A stretch of DNA of 63,979 nt, the filler included, from Malassezia furfur (taxonomy: Eukaryota): NCBI GenBank assembly GCA_052055015.1. It is 17 parts of 17 records of this genome, joined end to end, with 100 filler letters (N's around TTAATTAATTAA, not from the genome) between each part and the next. Parts side by side here need not be neighbours in the genome. Positions count along the whole stretch, not along the records: positions 34,532 to 38,226 come from JBQJIT010000739.1; positions 38,327 to 42,017 come from JBQJIT010000740.1; positions 42,118 to 45,803 come from JBQJIT010000741.1; positions 45,904 to 49,582 come from JBQJIT010000742.1; 13 more parts are not named here. One strand, given 5' to 3'. Below the pieces are notes generated by a model, which saw only the letters and a program-made list of their open reading frames with translations, did not search any database and was not told the origin of the DNA. The number at the start of each line of letters is the position of its first letter. The first letter of the stretch is position 1. Positions 35,759 to 47,298 of this stretch are shown here, piece by piece. The position numbers and the translations under genes are program-made.

Positions 35759-36166
35759 TTAGTTGATGAAGCTCCACTCGATGGGGAACACACCCTCGTC
35801 GAGGTTGCCGTCAGTCAGGGCCGAGAAGAGACCCTTGCTGAGGTCGAGCGAGCCCCAGTTGCACTCGGGGCACGAGTCAGCAACGACAGCGTGCACAACC
35901 TTGTTGTTGTTCTTGTTGGTGATGCGAAGGAGACGGCCGCAGTGCTCGCTGACGGCGTCGAGGTTGCCGTACTGGGGGGCGTTCAGGGCGACGATGTGGT
36001 CGGCGTTGGTGCTCCACCAACCACAGTTGCCCTCGCTCACACCAGCCGAGTACCAGGTAGCGCGACCGGAGTTGACACCGTCACGCGACTCGACCTTGGG
36101 GGCGGGGGCGGCAGACACAGAGGCGACGGCGGCCACGGCAAGAAGGATAGCACGAGAGAAGAACAT
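35759..36166 (-). CDS. Secreted RlpA-like double-psi beta-barrel (barwin/expansin-like) protein, 135 aa
   Basis: Signal peptide, SGRATWY..GNCG, IVALN, CGR and VADSCPECNWGSLDLS..F. Confidence 0.9.
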   Translation of the reverse strand: MFFSRAILLAVAAVASVSAAPAPKVESRDGVNSGRATWYSAGVSEGNCGWWSTNADHIVALNAPQYGNLDAVSEHCGRLLRITNKNNNKVVHAVVADSCPECNWGSLDLSKGLFSALTDGNLDEGVFPIEWSFIN

Positions 36167-36283
36167 TGTAATGGATATGGTATTGAAGAGGTGTGGAAAG
36201 GGAAAAGTAGTCTTGAGGGCCGTGCCTTGAGGAGTGCCTTGAGAGAGGGGTTGTTGGATTTGGGATGAGGCACAAGGGTCCTC

Positions 36284-36291
36284 CTTATATA
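36284..36291 (-). promoter_or_regulatory. TATA box (TATATAAG) upstream of the DPBB gene
   Basis: About 120 bp upstream of the ATG and followed by a pyrimidine-rich leader. Confidence 0.55.
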
Positions 36292-36862
36292 GGTTATGGC
36301 TATCTTGTGAGCCCGACCCTCATCTGCAGGCAACCTTGAAATGAAGATCTACGTAAGCTGTGAAAAAGTGTACCTGTCGAAAATGGGGTGCCCCCGAATT
36401 TCTGTCAAGACGTGGGCAGCCGGCCAGTAATATCTATTCGCGAGATGGCACATCCCTAGGATTTTCGCCGGAAACGAGTTCAATGTGGGATTACCAACGA
36501 TGATCCGCCGATAGATGATTTGGGGCCAATCAAAATGCGCCCATTCCCGCTACCGCAGAAAAGAAGGTCGTCGGGGACGCTCTTTTCACGCATGCTGATC
36601 TGGCAAAATGAAGCAACAATCACCTACATCTGGCCAATTGCGGCGATCAGTGGGAATCCCCTCTTTTGGGAGAAGTTTAATGGATGAGTCAGCCGCCGCT
36701 GTAGTGCATCGAGCGAGTACCCCAGCGAGGCGACGATCAACCCCGGAAAATTTTCCAGGGTGTTGCGCCCTTTCAGCTGCCCTGCTGACGAGCGCTGACT
36801 GAGGCTGACTAAGACTGCGGTACTGCGGTGCGGCCGACGGCTGCCAACGTGCGCGCACCAGC

Positions 36863-37392
36863 ATGACGCCGACGGACGCGCTCAAGCCAGCGATCGCGAA
36901 ATTCCAAGAGGCGCAGTCACGTATGTAGGAGGCACGCGAGGGCGGAGGCTGACGCCGCGTGCACAGAGTTTGAGACCGTCGTCGATTTGCAGCAGCAGCT
37001 GCTCTCGCAGCTCTCGGAGAACCAGCAGGTGCAGCAGGTAGGTTGCGCGTCGTGAACGCGGTGCTGACCGCCGTGCAGGAGTTTGCGCGCTCCGGCCCCG
37101 ATACGCGCGTGTACAAGCGTGCGGGACCTGTTCTGCTCCCGCAAGACTTCCAGGAGGCGAGCGACAATGTGACGAAGCGCATCGAGTTCATCCAGACGGA
37201 GCTGTACGTCTTGCTACCCCGCATGCGCGGGGTGCAGTGCTGACCGTGTGTGCAGGCAGCGCGTCGAGAAGCAGATCGCGACGCTCAGTGCGAACCGCGA
37301 CGCGATCAAGGAAGAGGTAGGTGCGCGCCCCCCGGGTGCTGACGCAGATTCTCGCGGCGCAGCAGCGTGCCCCGGCGTCGTCGCGGGGCTAA
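36863..37392 (+). CDS. YKE2: Prefoldin subunit 6; introns 36921-36966, 37038-37078, 37204-37255, 37317-37347
   Basis: Spliced protein QQLLSQLSENQQVQQEF..VYKRAGPVLLPQDFQEASDNVTKRIEFIQTEL; all four introns are GT..CTGAC..CAG. Confidence 0.9.
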
Positions 37393-37431
37393 GATACCCA
37401 GGCTCGTTCGTAGGCTCGTGTCGTGGCTATG

Positions 37432-38226
37432 CTACATGGCGTGTGCGCGCATGCGCGCGATTTCCGCGCGCACCTCGTCGCGGTTCGTGCGCAGGGACTG
37501 GACGTCGTCCAGGTTGCGTGCCTTGACGGCCTCGGCGAGGTATGCGCTGAGGAGCGCCTCCTGCTCGGTGAGCACCGCGAGGGCGTTGCTGTCTGCGGCG
37601 GACTCGGCCGGGCGCGAGGGGGCCGGCGCGCGCTCCGTGCGGGGCGCGGCGAGGTTCGGCAGGCTCTGTAGCGGAAACATGTTTTTCTGCAAAAAGAGCG
37701 TGGCGCGGGTGTAGATGGCGCGCTGCAGACGCTCCTGCGCCGGCGACGCGCGGCGGTCGACGGTGGGCGGCAGGTCGCGCAGCTTGCGTGCGAGCTGGTC
37801 GTACCGCGTGAAGCGCACGAGCAGCTCCTTGCGCGCCTGTGCGGCATCGGCCTGCAACGCGCGGCTGTCCTGCATCGACGACGCGAGCGTCGCGTTGGCG
37901 TCCTTTTTCTGCAGGCCGAGGAGCATCTCGTGGAACTCGGGGAGCGCCTCGTTGATCTCGCGCTGGAGCTGCTGCAGCGCGCGGTAGTGCACGAGGAGCG
38001 GCTGCGGCGCCTGCGACGCGGAGCGGTAGCTGATCCGCAAAAGCACCGCGTGGCAGTCGCGGCAGAAGCGGATCGTGCGGTCCTCGGCCTGCTCGTAGTG
38101 GCGCACCTCGGCCGCGGGCGCGTCGGGCGGCGGGCGCGGCGGCAGGGGATGCACCGCGTACGTGTCCGGCTCGACGACGAGGCGCGCGCTGCACGGCTCG
38201 TGCGCCTCGGCCGGCGGCGCGTCGCC
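37432..38226 (-). CDS. PEP7: Pep7/Vac1 (rabenosyn-like FYVE protein), C-terminal part
   Basis: IRFCRDC ends a FYVE domain; EQEALLSAYLAEAVKARNLDDVQSLRTN matches the C-terminal Rbsn motif. Confidence 0.8.
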   Translation of the reverse strand, partial: GDAPPAEAHEPCSARLVVEPDTYAVHPLPPRPPPDAPAAEVRHYEQAEDRTIRFCRDCHAVLLRISYRSASQAPQPLLVHYRALQQLQREINEALPEFHEMLLGLQKKDANATLASSMQDSRALQADAAQARKELLVRFTRYDQLARKLRDLPPTVDRRASPAQERLQRAIYTRATLFLQKNMFPLQSLPNLAAPRTERAPAPSRPAESAADSNALAVLTEQEALLSAYLAEAVKARNLDDVQSLRTNRDEVRAEIARMRAHAM

Positions 38227-38326
38227 NNNNNNNNNNNNNNNNNNNNNNNNNNNNNNNNNNNNNNNNNNNNTTAATTAATTAANNNNNNNNNNNNNNNNNN
38301 NNNNNNNNNNNNNNNNNNNNNNNNNN

Positions 38327-41300
38327 CGCAGCCGACCAAGTCGGACCACGGCCGGCGCGCCAGTGCGCACCAGCCGCCTGCGGCGCAGGGCAGCAGCAAC
38401 GGCACGACGAGCGAGCCGGCGCCGCGCAGCGCGTCGAGCCGGCGGAACAGCGGGAGTGCGCTGCCGCCCTTCTTCAAGCCGCTGCAGCCGATGCCCCCGG
38501 CCGGCTCGCCGCACAACGCCGACGCCGGGCGCATGCCGACGCCGCATCTGCTGCGCGACGCCAAGGCGACGACGCCCGCGAGCATCATCTCGGACCTGGC
38601 GACGAAGCAGCACCCGTCGACCTCGGCGACGCCCGCGTTCCAGGAGCAGAACCCGTTCGGTGCCGGGTCGGTGACGCCAGCGCCGCCCGGGCAGGTTGGG
38701 CGGGGCCATCCGACGCCGCTGCTGATCGACCGCCCCGAGCTGGCGTCCGGGTGGTCCGGCGCGCAGGACGACGAGGACGGCGCGCTGCGTGCGGTGCCCG
38801 AGCACCTTGCGTCGCGCCGTGGGCGGGCCGGGAGCCCCGCGCAGACGAGCAGTGCGCCGGCGCAGATCGGCGGGGGCGTGGCGGAAGTCGAGTCGCCGCA
38901 CGACCCGCTCGACGACGGGGCGGCGCCCGTGGCCGAGGAGCGCGACGGGGCGCCGCCGTCGGGCGGTGCGCATGACGACAAGGACGCGGTGCGTTCGCGG
39001 CGTGCGCGGCGCTACCGCCTGGACAGCGTGAGCGAAACGACCGCGTCGGGCACGATGCAGCGGCGCGGCTCGCAGCTGCGGCACTCGTCGCTGCGGGGCC
39101 ACCCGAAGCGATCGTCGAGCTCGTCGCACGTGCCGCTGGTGGATGAGGCAGAGGGGGAGCGGCCGTACACGTTTGTGCCGAACCCTGGGGCGAACTACGG
39201 CCTGATCAACGCGGTGAACAGCGTGGGCGACGACCTGTTCCCCAGCGGCAAGATGTACATTGGCACGCTCGGCATCGAGATGGACTGGGTGCCGGCGTCG
39301 CTGCGCCACGACATTGATGTGCGCGCGCGCGCGGAGCGCGAGTGTGTGCCCGTGTGGCTGACGGACGAGGACTACGTGAACAGCTACCACCACTACTGCA
39401 AGCAGATCCTCTGGCCGACGTTCCACTACACGCTGCCGAACGCGCAGGGCCTGGCGACCGAGGACCGGGCGTTCCGCGCGTACGTGGAGGTGAACCGGCG
39501 GTTTGCGGAGCGGATCGTCGAGGTGTACGAGGAGGGCGACGTGGTGTGGGTGCAGGACTACCACCTGCTGCTCGTGCCGCACATGGTGCGCGAGCGGCTG
39601 CCGCGTGCGTCGATCGGGCTGTTTGTGCACATTGCGTTCCCCTCGAGCGAGATCTTCCGGTGCCTGAGCACGCGCGAGGAGCTGCTGCGCGGCATGCTCG
39701 GCGCGGACCTGATCGGCTTCCAGACGCACAACTTCTGCCGGCACTTCCGGCAGACGATCAGCCGCATCCTGCAGCTCGAGACGACGCCGCGCGGCATCCA
39801 GCTGCGCCGCGCGTTTGTCACCGTGGCGCCCTTCCCGATCGGGATCGACGTGCACAGCCTGAACCGCAAGCGCGAGCACCCCGACGTGCACGAGTGGGTC
39901 GAGCGCCTGCACGAGCGCTTCGCGGGCAAGCACGTGATTGTGGGCCGCGACAAGCTCGACTGGATCAAGGGCGTGCGCGAGAAGCTGCTCGCGTTCGAGG
40001 TGTTCCTCGACGAGCACCCCGAGTGGGTCGGGCGCGTGGTACTGGTGCAGGTGGCGCTCGCCACCGTGCAGGAGAACCGCGAGGTGGGCGAGGCGACCGA
40101 CATTGTCGCGCGCATCAACCGCAAGCACAGCTCGCTCACCTACCAGCCCGTCGTGTTTTTGCACGTGCAGGAGCTCACCTTTTCGCAGTACCTCGCGCTG
40201 CTCACGATGGCCGACGTGTTCCTCGCGACGAGCCTGCGCGAGGGCATGAACCTCACGTCGCACGAGTACGTCATTGCGCAGGAGTCGCGCAAGCGGCCGC
40301 TCATCCTCTCCGAGTTCACCGGGACGTATGCGGCGCTGCGCGCGTGCATCGGCATCAACCCGTGGAACACGCGCCAGGTGTCGAGCGCGATCCACCAGGC
40401 GCTCACCATGCCGCAGAAGGAGCGCGAGCAGCGCTGGTACGACCTGCACCGCACCGTCGTGACGCAGACCGCGCAGCACTGGATCACCTCGGTGCTGAGC
40501 CAGCTCGAGCGCGCGCACCAGCGCCAGCCGAGCGTCGACAAGGTGTTTATCCCGCGCCTGGAGATTGCGCAGCTCGCGTCCGAGTGGCGCGCGTCGCGCT
40601 CGCGCCTGCTCCTCGTCGACCTCGAGGGGACGCTGGTGGAGGAGGATGCGGGGCACCTGCACCGCCACGGCTTCCACCCCACGCCGCACCTCGTCGACCT
40701 GCTGCGGCGCCTCGCGGCAGACACGCGCAACTACGTGTACGTGCTGAGCGGGCAGGGCACACACACGCTGCAGCGCCTCGCCGACGACGTGCCGCAGGTG
40801 GGCATCGTCGCCGAGAACGGGTGCTTTGTGCAGCACTGCAACCAGCGCGACTGGCACTCGCTCGTCGACGGCTTCAACCTGGAGTGGCGCACACCCGTGC
40901 TCGAGATCCTCGACTACTTCACCGAGCGCACGCCGGGCTCCTGGGTCGAGGAGCACCGCGCGTCGGTGACGTGGCACTTTGGCGAGCGCAGCCGCGACTC
41001 GACCGCCGCCGAGCGGCAGTGGGCGCGGCGGCAGGCGGCCGAGGTGCAGAGTCTGATCTACGACTCGCTCGGCGAGCGCTTCTCGCTGCGCATCGTGCAC
41101 GGCCGCGCGTGCTTCACCATCATGCCCAAGAACGTCAGCCGCACCACCGCCGTGCAGTACCTCTTGTCGCTCGACGGGATGGGCGCGCTGCCGACGCGCC
41201 ACGCCGACGCCGACACCGACGCCGACGCCGACGACACGCAAAAGGGCATGTTCACGTTTGTGCTGCAGATCGGCACCGACGAGCGCCTCGTCGCCTACCT

Positions 41301-41481
41301 GAACCAGCTCGACCTCGGGTTTGCGCCGCGCACGTGCATCGCCTCGGAGAGCGCGCGCCCCAGCTCGGACGCGTCCTACCACCTGGCGCCCGGCGCGGAC
41401 GTCCAGGGGGCACTCGAGGAGATTGTCGATCTGCGCCTGCGCGACCTCAAGTGGGGCGGACCCGCGACGCACGATGTATAG
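38327..41481 (+). CDS. Trehalose-6-phosphate synthase/phosphatase complex subunit (GT20 plus HAD), probably regulatory Tps3/Tsl1 type; 5' truncated
   Basis: YCKQILWPTFHY, WVQDYHLLLVP, FVHIAFPSSE and REGMNL. HAD motif I reads DLEGT rather than DxDGT. Confidence 0.88.
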
Positions 41482-41486
41482 ATATG

Positions 41487-42017
41487 CTACAGAACACGAC
41501 GGTCGGTCATCACGCGCATGATGCACCCCGTGCCGGCGACCTGCGTGAGCTTCTCGTGCCAGAGCAGCAGCACGGCGCAGTTGATGCCCTCGGCCGCGCC
41601 CGCGCGCGTGCCGCCGAGCGCAAGGCCCTTGTACAGGTACTTCATCAGCGTCTCGCGCTGCGCGAGGTTGAGCGTGCGCAGTGCCGCGGGGATGTCGGTC
41701 GAGCGCGTGGCGTTCAGCGTCTCGAGCAGGAGCGCGAACGTGACACGCTTCGCCTCCTCGGCGTGGTGCCCGCTCGGCGCGTCGTCGAGGATCGCGGCGA
41801 GGGCGCCGGCGGTGTCGTTGCTGCCGGGTGAGCATCGAGGGGGGCGGTGCGGGGGGCCATACGTACCTCGCGAGGCGCGTGCGCACGCCGCTCTGCTTCT
41901 GCTGTGCAATCTGGAGGAGCTCTGCGGCCGAGTGCGGGTCCTCAATCGCGAGGTCCGCGGCGGTCAGCGGCTCCTCGTCCCACTGGTCCACGTCCAGCGC
42001 GCGAAAGTCGCTGCTCA
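41487..42017 (-). CDS. ARC15: Arp2/3 complex subunit 5 (ARPC5); 46-nt intron 41821-41866; extreme 5' end missing
   Basis: FRALDVDQWDEE, LMKYLYKGL, LLLWHEKL and GTGCIMRVMTDRR. Confidence 0.92.
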
Positions 42018-42117
42018 NNNNNNNNNNNNNNNNNNNNNNNNNNNNNNNNNNNNNNNNNNNNTTAATTAATTAANNNNNNNNNNNNNNNNNNNNNNNNNNN
42101 NNNNNNNNNNNNNNNNN

Positions 42118-43070
42118 CTCCCGCTCCGCGCGTACAGCGTGAGCGAGGCGAGCGCGTCGCACCCGCCCACGAGCTCCGCGACGCGCGCAAAGAACGGCGC
42201 GACGTCCTCGGCGCGCCCGGGGTAGGTCAGCGTCAGCGCACGCACGCCGCGCGTGTACGGCGCGAGCTGCGCGAGCGCCTCGGGCGGCATCCCGACGCCC
42301 TCGAGCGCAAGCGTGTCGAGCGCGCCGGCCTGCGCAAGGCGCACGACCCCCGGGCCGTGCACGTTCTTGCATCCTACGAGCGTGAGGCGCCGCAGCCGCG
42401 CCGAGGCGGCGAGCGTCTCGAGCAGCGCGTCGGTAATCAGCGCGGAATTCTGCATCCGTCAGTAGGCACACACGCACCATGCACAGCACACTGAGCGCCT
42501 CGAGCGGCGCGGCGCGCTCCACGATCGCCGCGAGGTGCTGCACCAAACTCCGGTCCGGCAGCACGACGTGCAGCTCACGCACGCCCGGCGGGAGGCGCGC
42601 GGCGAGCAGATCGGGCGACCACAGCCGGCTGTTCCCGGTGATCTCGAGCTTGCGCAGCTCGTGCAGGTGCGCAAACATGGTATCGAGCAGGCGGTCGTTC
42701 AGACTGCCGTCGCGCGTCCAGCACAGCTCGCGCAGGTGCACGGCGGCATGCAGCGTGCGCACGATCTGCTCCTCGAGCTGCTCGAGCTGCTCGGCAGGCA
42801 GCCCAAACGGGTACACGCGGAGCTCTGGCGTGAGTGTGCGCACGACGTACCCAGGATCCGCACCATCCGCGCGAGGTGCGGCGCGTCGGCGAGCGTGCGG
42901 AACACGCGGATCACGCGCAGGTGGTCGCGCAGCCACAGCCGCTCGTACAGCCGCGGCGTCGCCCACGCGCCCCACACGCGCGACACACGGCAGCACGCCG
43001 CGAGGTCGCCGACGCGCCACGCCAGCGCATCCAGCACGCCAGGCACCAGCTCGCACGGCCACTCGCGCAT
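42118..43070 (-). CDS. F-box/LRR-like protein, 3' truncated; introns 42825-42850 (26 nt) and 42450-42477 (28 nt)
   Basis: F-box WPCELVPGVL..LAACCRVSRVW..ATPRLY followed by LRR-like LRRLTLVGC; splicing joins three ORF-track frames. Confidence 0.75.
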
Positions 43071-43118
43071 GGTGCGTGGGCGTCACGTGACGGCCTCCTC
43101 TCTGCACTTGCTCCGACG

Positions 43119-43928
43119 ATGGACGTGGGACGCGGTGCGTGGAGCGCACTGCGTGCGCTGTGCACGCCCATGCGCGCGGCGGTGCGCACCTATGCGACGG
43201 CGCCGCCGCCGAAGCCCGTCAAGATCAAGGTGCCCAAGGTGCTCCCGTACCAGCAGACGCGCAAGCAGCTGGGCGACCGCAAGGTGTACCTCTACTCCAA
43301 GTACGAGCGCCTCCTGCGCGAGAGCGAGCTCGTGATCCTCTTTGAGGCGGAGAACCTGAGCGTGCCGCTCATGCAGAACGTGCGCAAGCAGATGCACTCG
43401 ATTCCGTTCCCGGCCGAGGACCAGGCCCGCCTCGACGCACTCAACGACGGCGCGTGGACCCTGCCGCCCACCGCGCTCACCACCGCCCGCACGGGCATCC
43501 TGCGCCCCGTGTGCCGCAACGACACGGCCGAGTGCGTGCAGCAGCTCCAGCCGTACCTGCGTGGGCAGATCGTCATGCTCACCACGCGTGTGCTCTCGCC
43601 CGAGTACATCGGCAAGGTGCTCCGCGCGATGGAGCGGCCCGTCAAGCAGGCACGCGACGCGATCGACCCGCAAAGCGGGAAAAAGGAGCCGCGCCTCGCG
43701 CCCGTCGCCGCCGTGATTGAGCGGCGCAAGATGGTCGATGCGTCCGGCCTCCCGGCGCTCACCAAGCTGCCGAGCCTCCCCGTGCTCCAGGCGCAGCTCG
43801 TGGGCCTCCTGTCGATGCCTGCACAGCAGCTCGCAGGGATCCTGTCGCAGGCGGGTGGCGGCGAGCTCGCCGCAACGCTCGATGCACGCCGCCGCGACCT
43901 CGAAAAGGGCGGGCAGGACAGTGCGTAG
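43119..43928 (+). CDS. MRPL11: Mitochondrial ribosomal protein uL10m-like
   Basis: Presequence ending RTYAT, RKVYLYSKY, and C-terminal LTKLPSLPVLQAQLVGLLSMPA L10 motif. Confidence 0.75.
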   Translation: MDVGRGAWSALRALCTPMRAAVRTYATAPPPKPVKIKVPKVLPYQQTRKQLGDRKVYLYSKYERLLRESELVILFEAENLSVPLMQNVRKQMHSIPFPAEDQARLDALNDGAWTLPPTALTTARTGILRPVCRNDTAECVQQLQPYLRGQIVMLTTRVLSPEYIGKVLRAMERPVKQARDAIDPQSGKKEPRLAPVAAVIERRKMVDASGLPALTKLPSLPVLQAQLVGLLSMPAQQLAGILSQAGGGELAATLDARRRDLEKGGQDSA

Positions 43929-44089
43929 TGCACTTGATATACCTCTGCATAGACGCCGTAGCGTGCAAGGCGCCCGCGCGGCACAGGCCGCCGTGGGATG
44001 CGCGCTGGACCACTGCCACGCCCTCGCGCTCGCCGCGCCCTCGCGCAGCGCTCACCCATCATCCTCCGCCCTCCGCGCACCTCCACACG

Positions 44090-45803
44090 ATGGGCGTCCC
44101 TGGCCTGTGGCCGGCGCTCGCGGGCGCGGGCGTCGACCGCACGCTCGCCGAGCTCGCGTGGGCGCATTGGGACGCGCCAGGCGGCACCCACGCCCCACTG
44201 CGGCTCGGCATCGACGCGTCGCTGTGGCTCTTCCACGCGCGCAAGGCGCAGGGCGGCAGGAACCCCGCACTGCGCGCCCTCTTTTTCCGGCTCGCGCGGC
44301 TCCTGCGCCTGCCCGTCGTGCCCGTGTTTGTGCTAGATGGCGCACATAGGCCCGCGTTCAAGCGCGACGCGGCCGTGTACACGGGCACGCACGCGATCCA
44401 GGCGCAATTCTGTGCGATGCTCGATGCCTTCCGTTTCCCGCACTGGACGGCGCCGGGCGAGGCCGAGGCGGAGCTCGCGTGGATGAACCGCGCGGGCCTC
44501 CTCGACGCCGTGCTCACGGATGACGTCGATGCACTGCTGTTTGGCGCGCGTGTCGTCGTGCGTAACCACGCATGGCGCGACGACGACGCTATGGATGGCA
44601 CCGACGACGACGACGACGCCATTGTCCGCGCCGCCGTGTACGATACGCGCCGTGGAACCTGGGCGCTCAACGCCGACGGCATGGTGCTGGTCGCTGTGCT
44701 TGCCGGTGCCGACTACGATACCCGCGGCATGCTGCACTGCGGCGTCAAAACCGCCGTAGGACTTGCCGAAGCCGGACTCGGCGCGCGGCTCTTGCGCGGT
44801 TTTCGCGACGCGTACGACGCCGAGCGAGACGCGACACACCCGTCCGCGGCATGGACGACTCACGTCTCGGCGTGGCGCGTCGAGCTGTGTCGCGAGCTCG
44901 CGACCAACGCGAGCGGCCGTCTGCCGCGGCGCATGCCGAAGCTGGCCTCGGACGTCGCGCCCGATTTCCTGTGTTCCGCCGAGGCGCGGCGTGTGCTGGC
45001 AAGCTACGTGTGGCCCCATACCTCGGAGCGCGACCCTGCGCGTGCCGTGGATGCACGGCGTGTGTGCACCGGTGCACCAGTCGACCTCGGCGGTCTCGCG
45101 GCGGTAGTGGCCGCCCACTTTCAGTGGACGTCGGCGACGCTGGCGCAGCGGTTCGTGCGGCTCGTGTTCCCGGGTGTGCTGGTACAGGAGCTGCAGCGGC
45201 ATGCACAGACGCACGACGACGCACGTCCGGAGGCATGCGCTGCGGCCTCCGCGCGCCCAACGCGGGGCGCCGTCGCCACGAGTCCATCCAAGGGCCGGCG
45301 CACCGCGCCGAGTCCGACGACGTCGCCCATGCGCGAAATTACCGCATACTTTGCGCGCATACAGGCGCACTCGCCGCCTCGGGCACGGCGCTCCTCGCGC
45401 GTGCTTCAGGCACACGCGACGCGCACGACGTCGGTCGGCACCGAGGTGCGTGTGTCGTACGACCCCGGCGCCTACCTCGCCCAGCTGCCTGGCGCGGTGT
45501 CGGCCGATGTGCAGCGTGTGTGGGTACCTGAGCGCCTGCTGCTTGCAGCTGGTACGCCGGAGCGTGCCGTGTACCGTACATACGAGGCGCAGCAGCGCCG
45601 CAAGCTCGCGTCGCCGAGCAAAAAGGCGCGCGCCGCCGACCAGCCGGCGCTCACCGCATTTTTCCAGGTGCAAAAAGGGGGTACCAGCGCGGGGCGCAAA
45701 GAGGCAGCGCGCGCCGGTGCACCGCAGGACATGGCGGTGCGGGCGGGTGCGGGCGCAGGCAAGGGGCCGCTGTCTGTGGCGCCCGCGCCGTCTGCAGCGC
45801 CAT
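44090..45803 (+). CDS. XPG/Rad2-family nuclease (Yen1/GEN1-like), 3' truncated
   Basis: MGVPGLW, LGIDASLW, PVFVLDG, APGEAEAELA, TDDVDALLFGA, GADY..G..CG and a PIP-like QPALTAFF. Confidence 0.88.
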
Positions 45804-45903
45804 NNNNNNNNNNNNNNNNNNNNNNNNNNNNNNNNNNNNNNNNNNNNTTAATTAATTAANNNNNNNNNNNNNNNNNNNNNNNNNNNNNNNNNNNNNNNNN
45901 NNN

Positions 45904-46067
45904 CCACGGCTGGTCGTCGAGCGCGTACGCGGACGACGGCGGGGCCTCGTCGGCGGCGTCGGCCGGGGCAGGAGGCAGCTCGCGCTCCTCGGACCAGCGC
46001 CGCGGCTGCAGCGGCGCAATCGGGACCTGCGTCGGCACCAGCGGCGCAATAGGGATGCGATGCGCCT

Positions 46068-46104
<37 letters not shown>

Positions 46105-47244
46105 ATCCTCCGGCTGCACCTCGTCCGGTACATGGTCCAACGACCCATTGCTCCGCGCAAGGGCCTCGTCGTACGCGGTGCGCGCCGATGCATCGTACGC
46201 TTCGTCGTCGTCGTCGTCGTCGTCGTCATGCACAAGCGCGCGCCAATGGCGCTCCTCGATGGGGGAGTCGGCCCACGAGTCGTCCGAGTCCGCGTCCTGC
46301 TGCTCGGCGGCGGCGGCAGCGGCAAGCGCCGCCTCGTACCGGCTTTGGGGCGGCGGCGGGAGCTCTGGCGGGGCCTGCGACGCCGTGCTCGACACCGTAA
46401 AGCTGCTCGACGAGGACGGCGAGTCGGGCTCAGCGTGGGCGCGGGGCGAGGTCGTAGGCAGCTGCGTAGGCGACAAGGCGCGCTCGTCTTGCAAAAACGG
46501 GTTCAGTGAAGGGCCCTGCCTTGCATCCGCCACCGGCTGCGGCGTCGGGGCGGCCGGCGGATCGTAGGGGTTCGGGAAACTCGACTGCCGCTCAGGCGCG
46601 GGCGGTGCGGGCGCCGGCACCGGCTCCGCCGGCGTCGGGAGCGATGGCAGCGGCGAGCGCATCGATTCGCGTGGTGTATACGACGGCGGAGGGCCCGGGT
46701 CGGCAGGCTCGCGCGCGCGGTTGCTCGACGAGGCGGCAGCCGCATGCGCCGCAGACGTGGCGCTGGAGCGTGCGGAGCCGCTGCCGCTCGGCGCGTCGAG
46801 CCACAGCAGCGATTCTTCGGCATTCATGTCGACCGTTGACCGCCGCTGTGGCTGCACCGGCTCGCGGAACTCGCGGAACTGCATGGCCGCCTCGTGCTCG
46901 CGGCGCGACTGCTCGAGGATTTCCATCTCGAGAAGCGCCTGGCGCTGCAGCTCCGCCTCGCGGCGGCGCGCCTCTTGCCGCGACTGTTCAAGCGCCTTGC
47001 GTTCCTGCAAGAGCGCCTGCTGCTCTTGCTCGCGGCGGCGCGACTCTTCGTCGCGCGACGCGGCGAGGGCCGCCTGCAGCGCCTCTTGTTCCTCGCGGCG
47101 CGCGCGATCCTTGGCCTCGGCCTCTAGGGCGAGCGACTCGCGGATCGCACGGCTCAGCTCCTCGTCTTCGTCCTCAGCCGGCGGCGCGTGCGGCTCGGCG
47201 CGCGCCGCAGGCGGGTCGTACGGGTTCGGGAACGCGTCGCTCAT
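45904..47244 (-). CDS. UIM-containing, Pro-rich protein with NPF/NPY motifs, 3' truncated
   Basis: UIMs EDEELSRAIRESL and EQEALQAALAASR; FPNPYDPP occurs twice; LNPF once. Confidence 0.65.
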
Positions 47245-47298
47245 CGGCACCGACGCACCGCGCGGGGGAACCTCCACCCTGGTTTGCGCCTCCCGGGG

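Noticed and set aside
38275..41991. Very long antisense or alternative-frame ORFs (1238 aa here; also 57172-60768, 15628-19203, 4797-7118, 49982-52078)
   Set aside because: They are shadow ORFs caused by high GC and codon bias of the real gene, with Arg/Ala-rich composition and no recognisable motifs.
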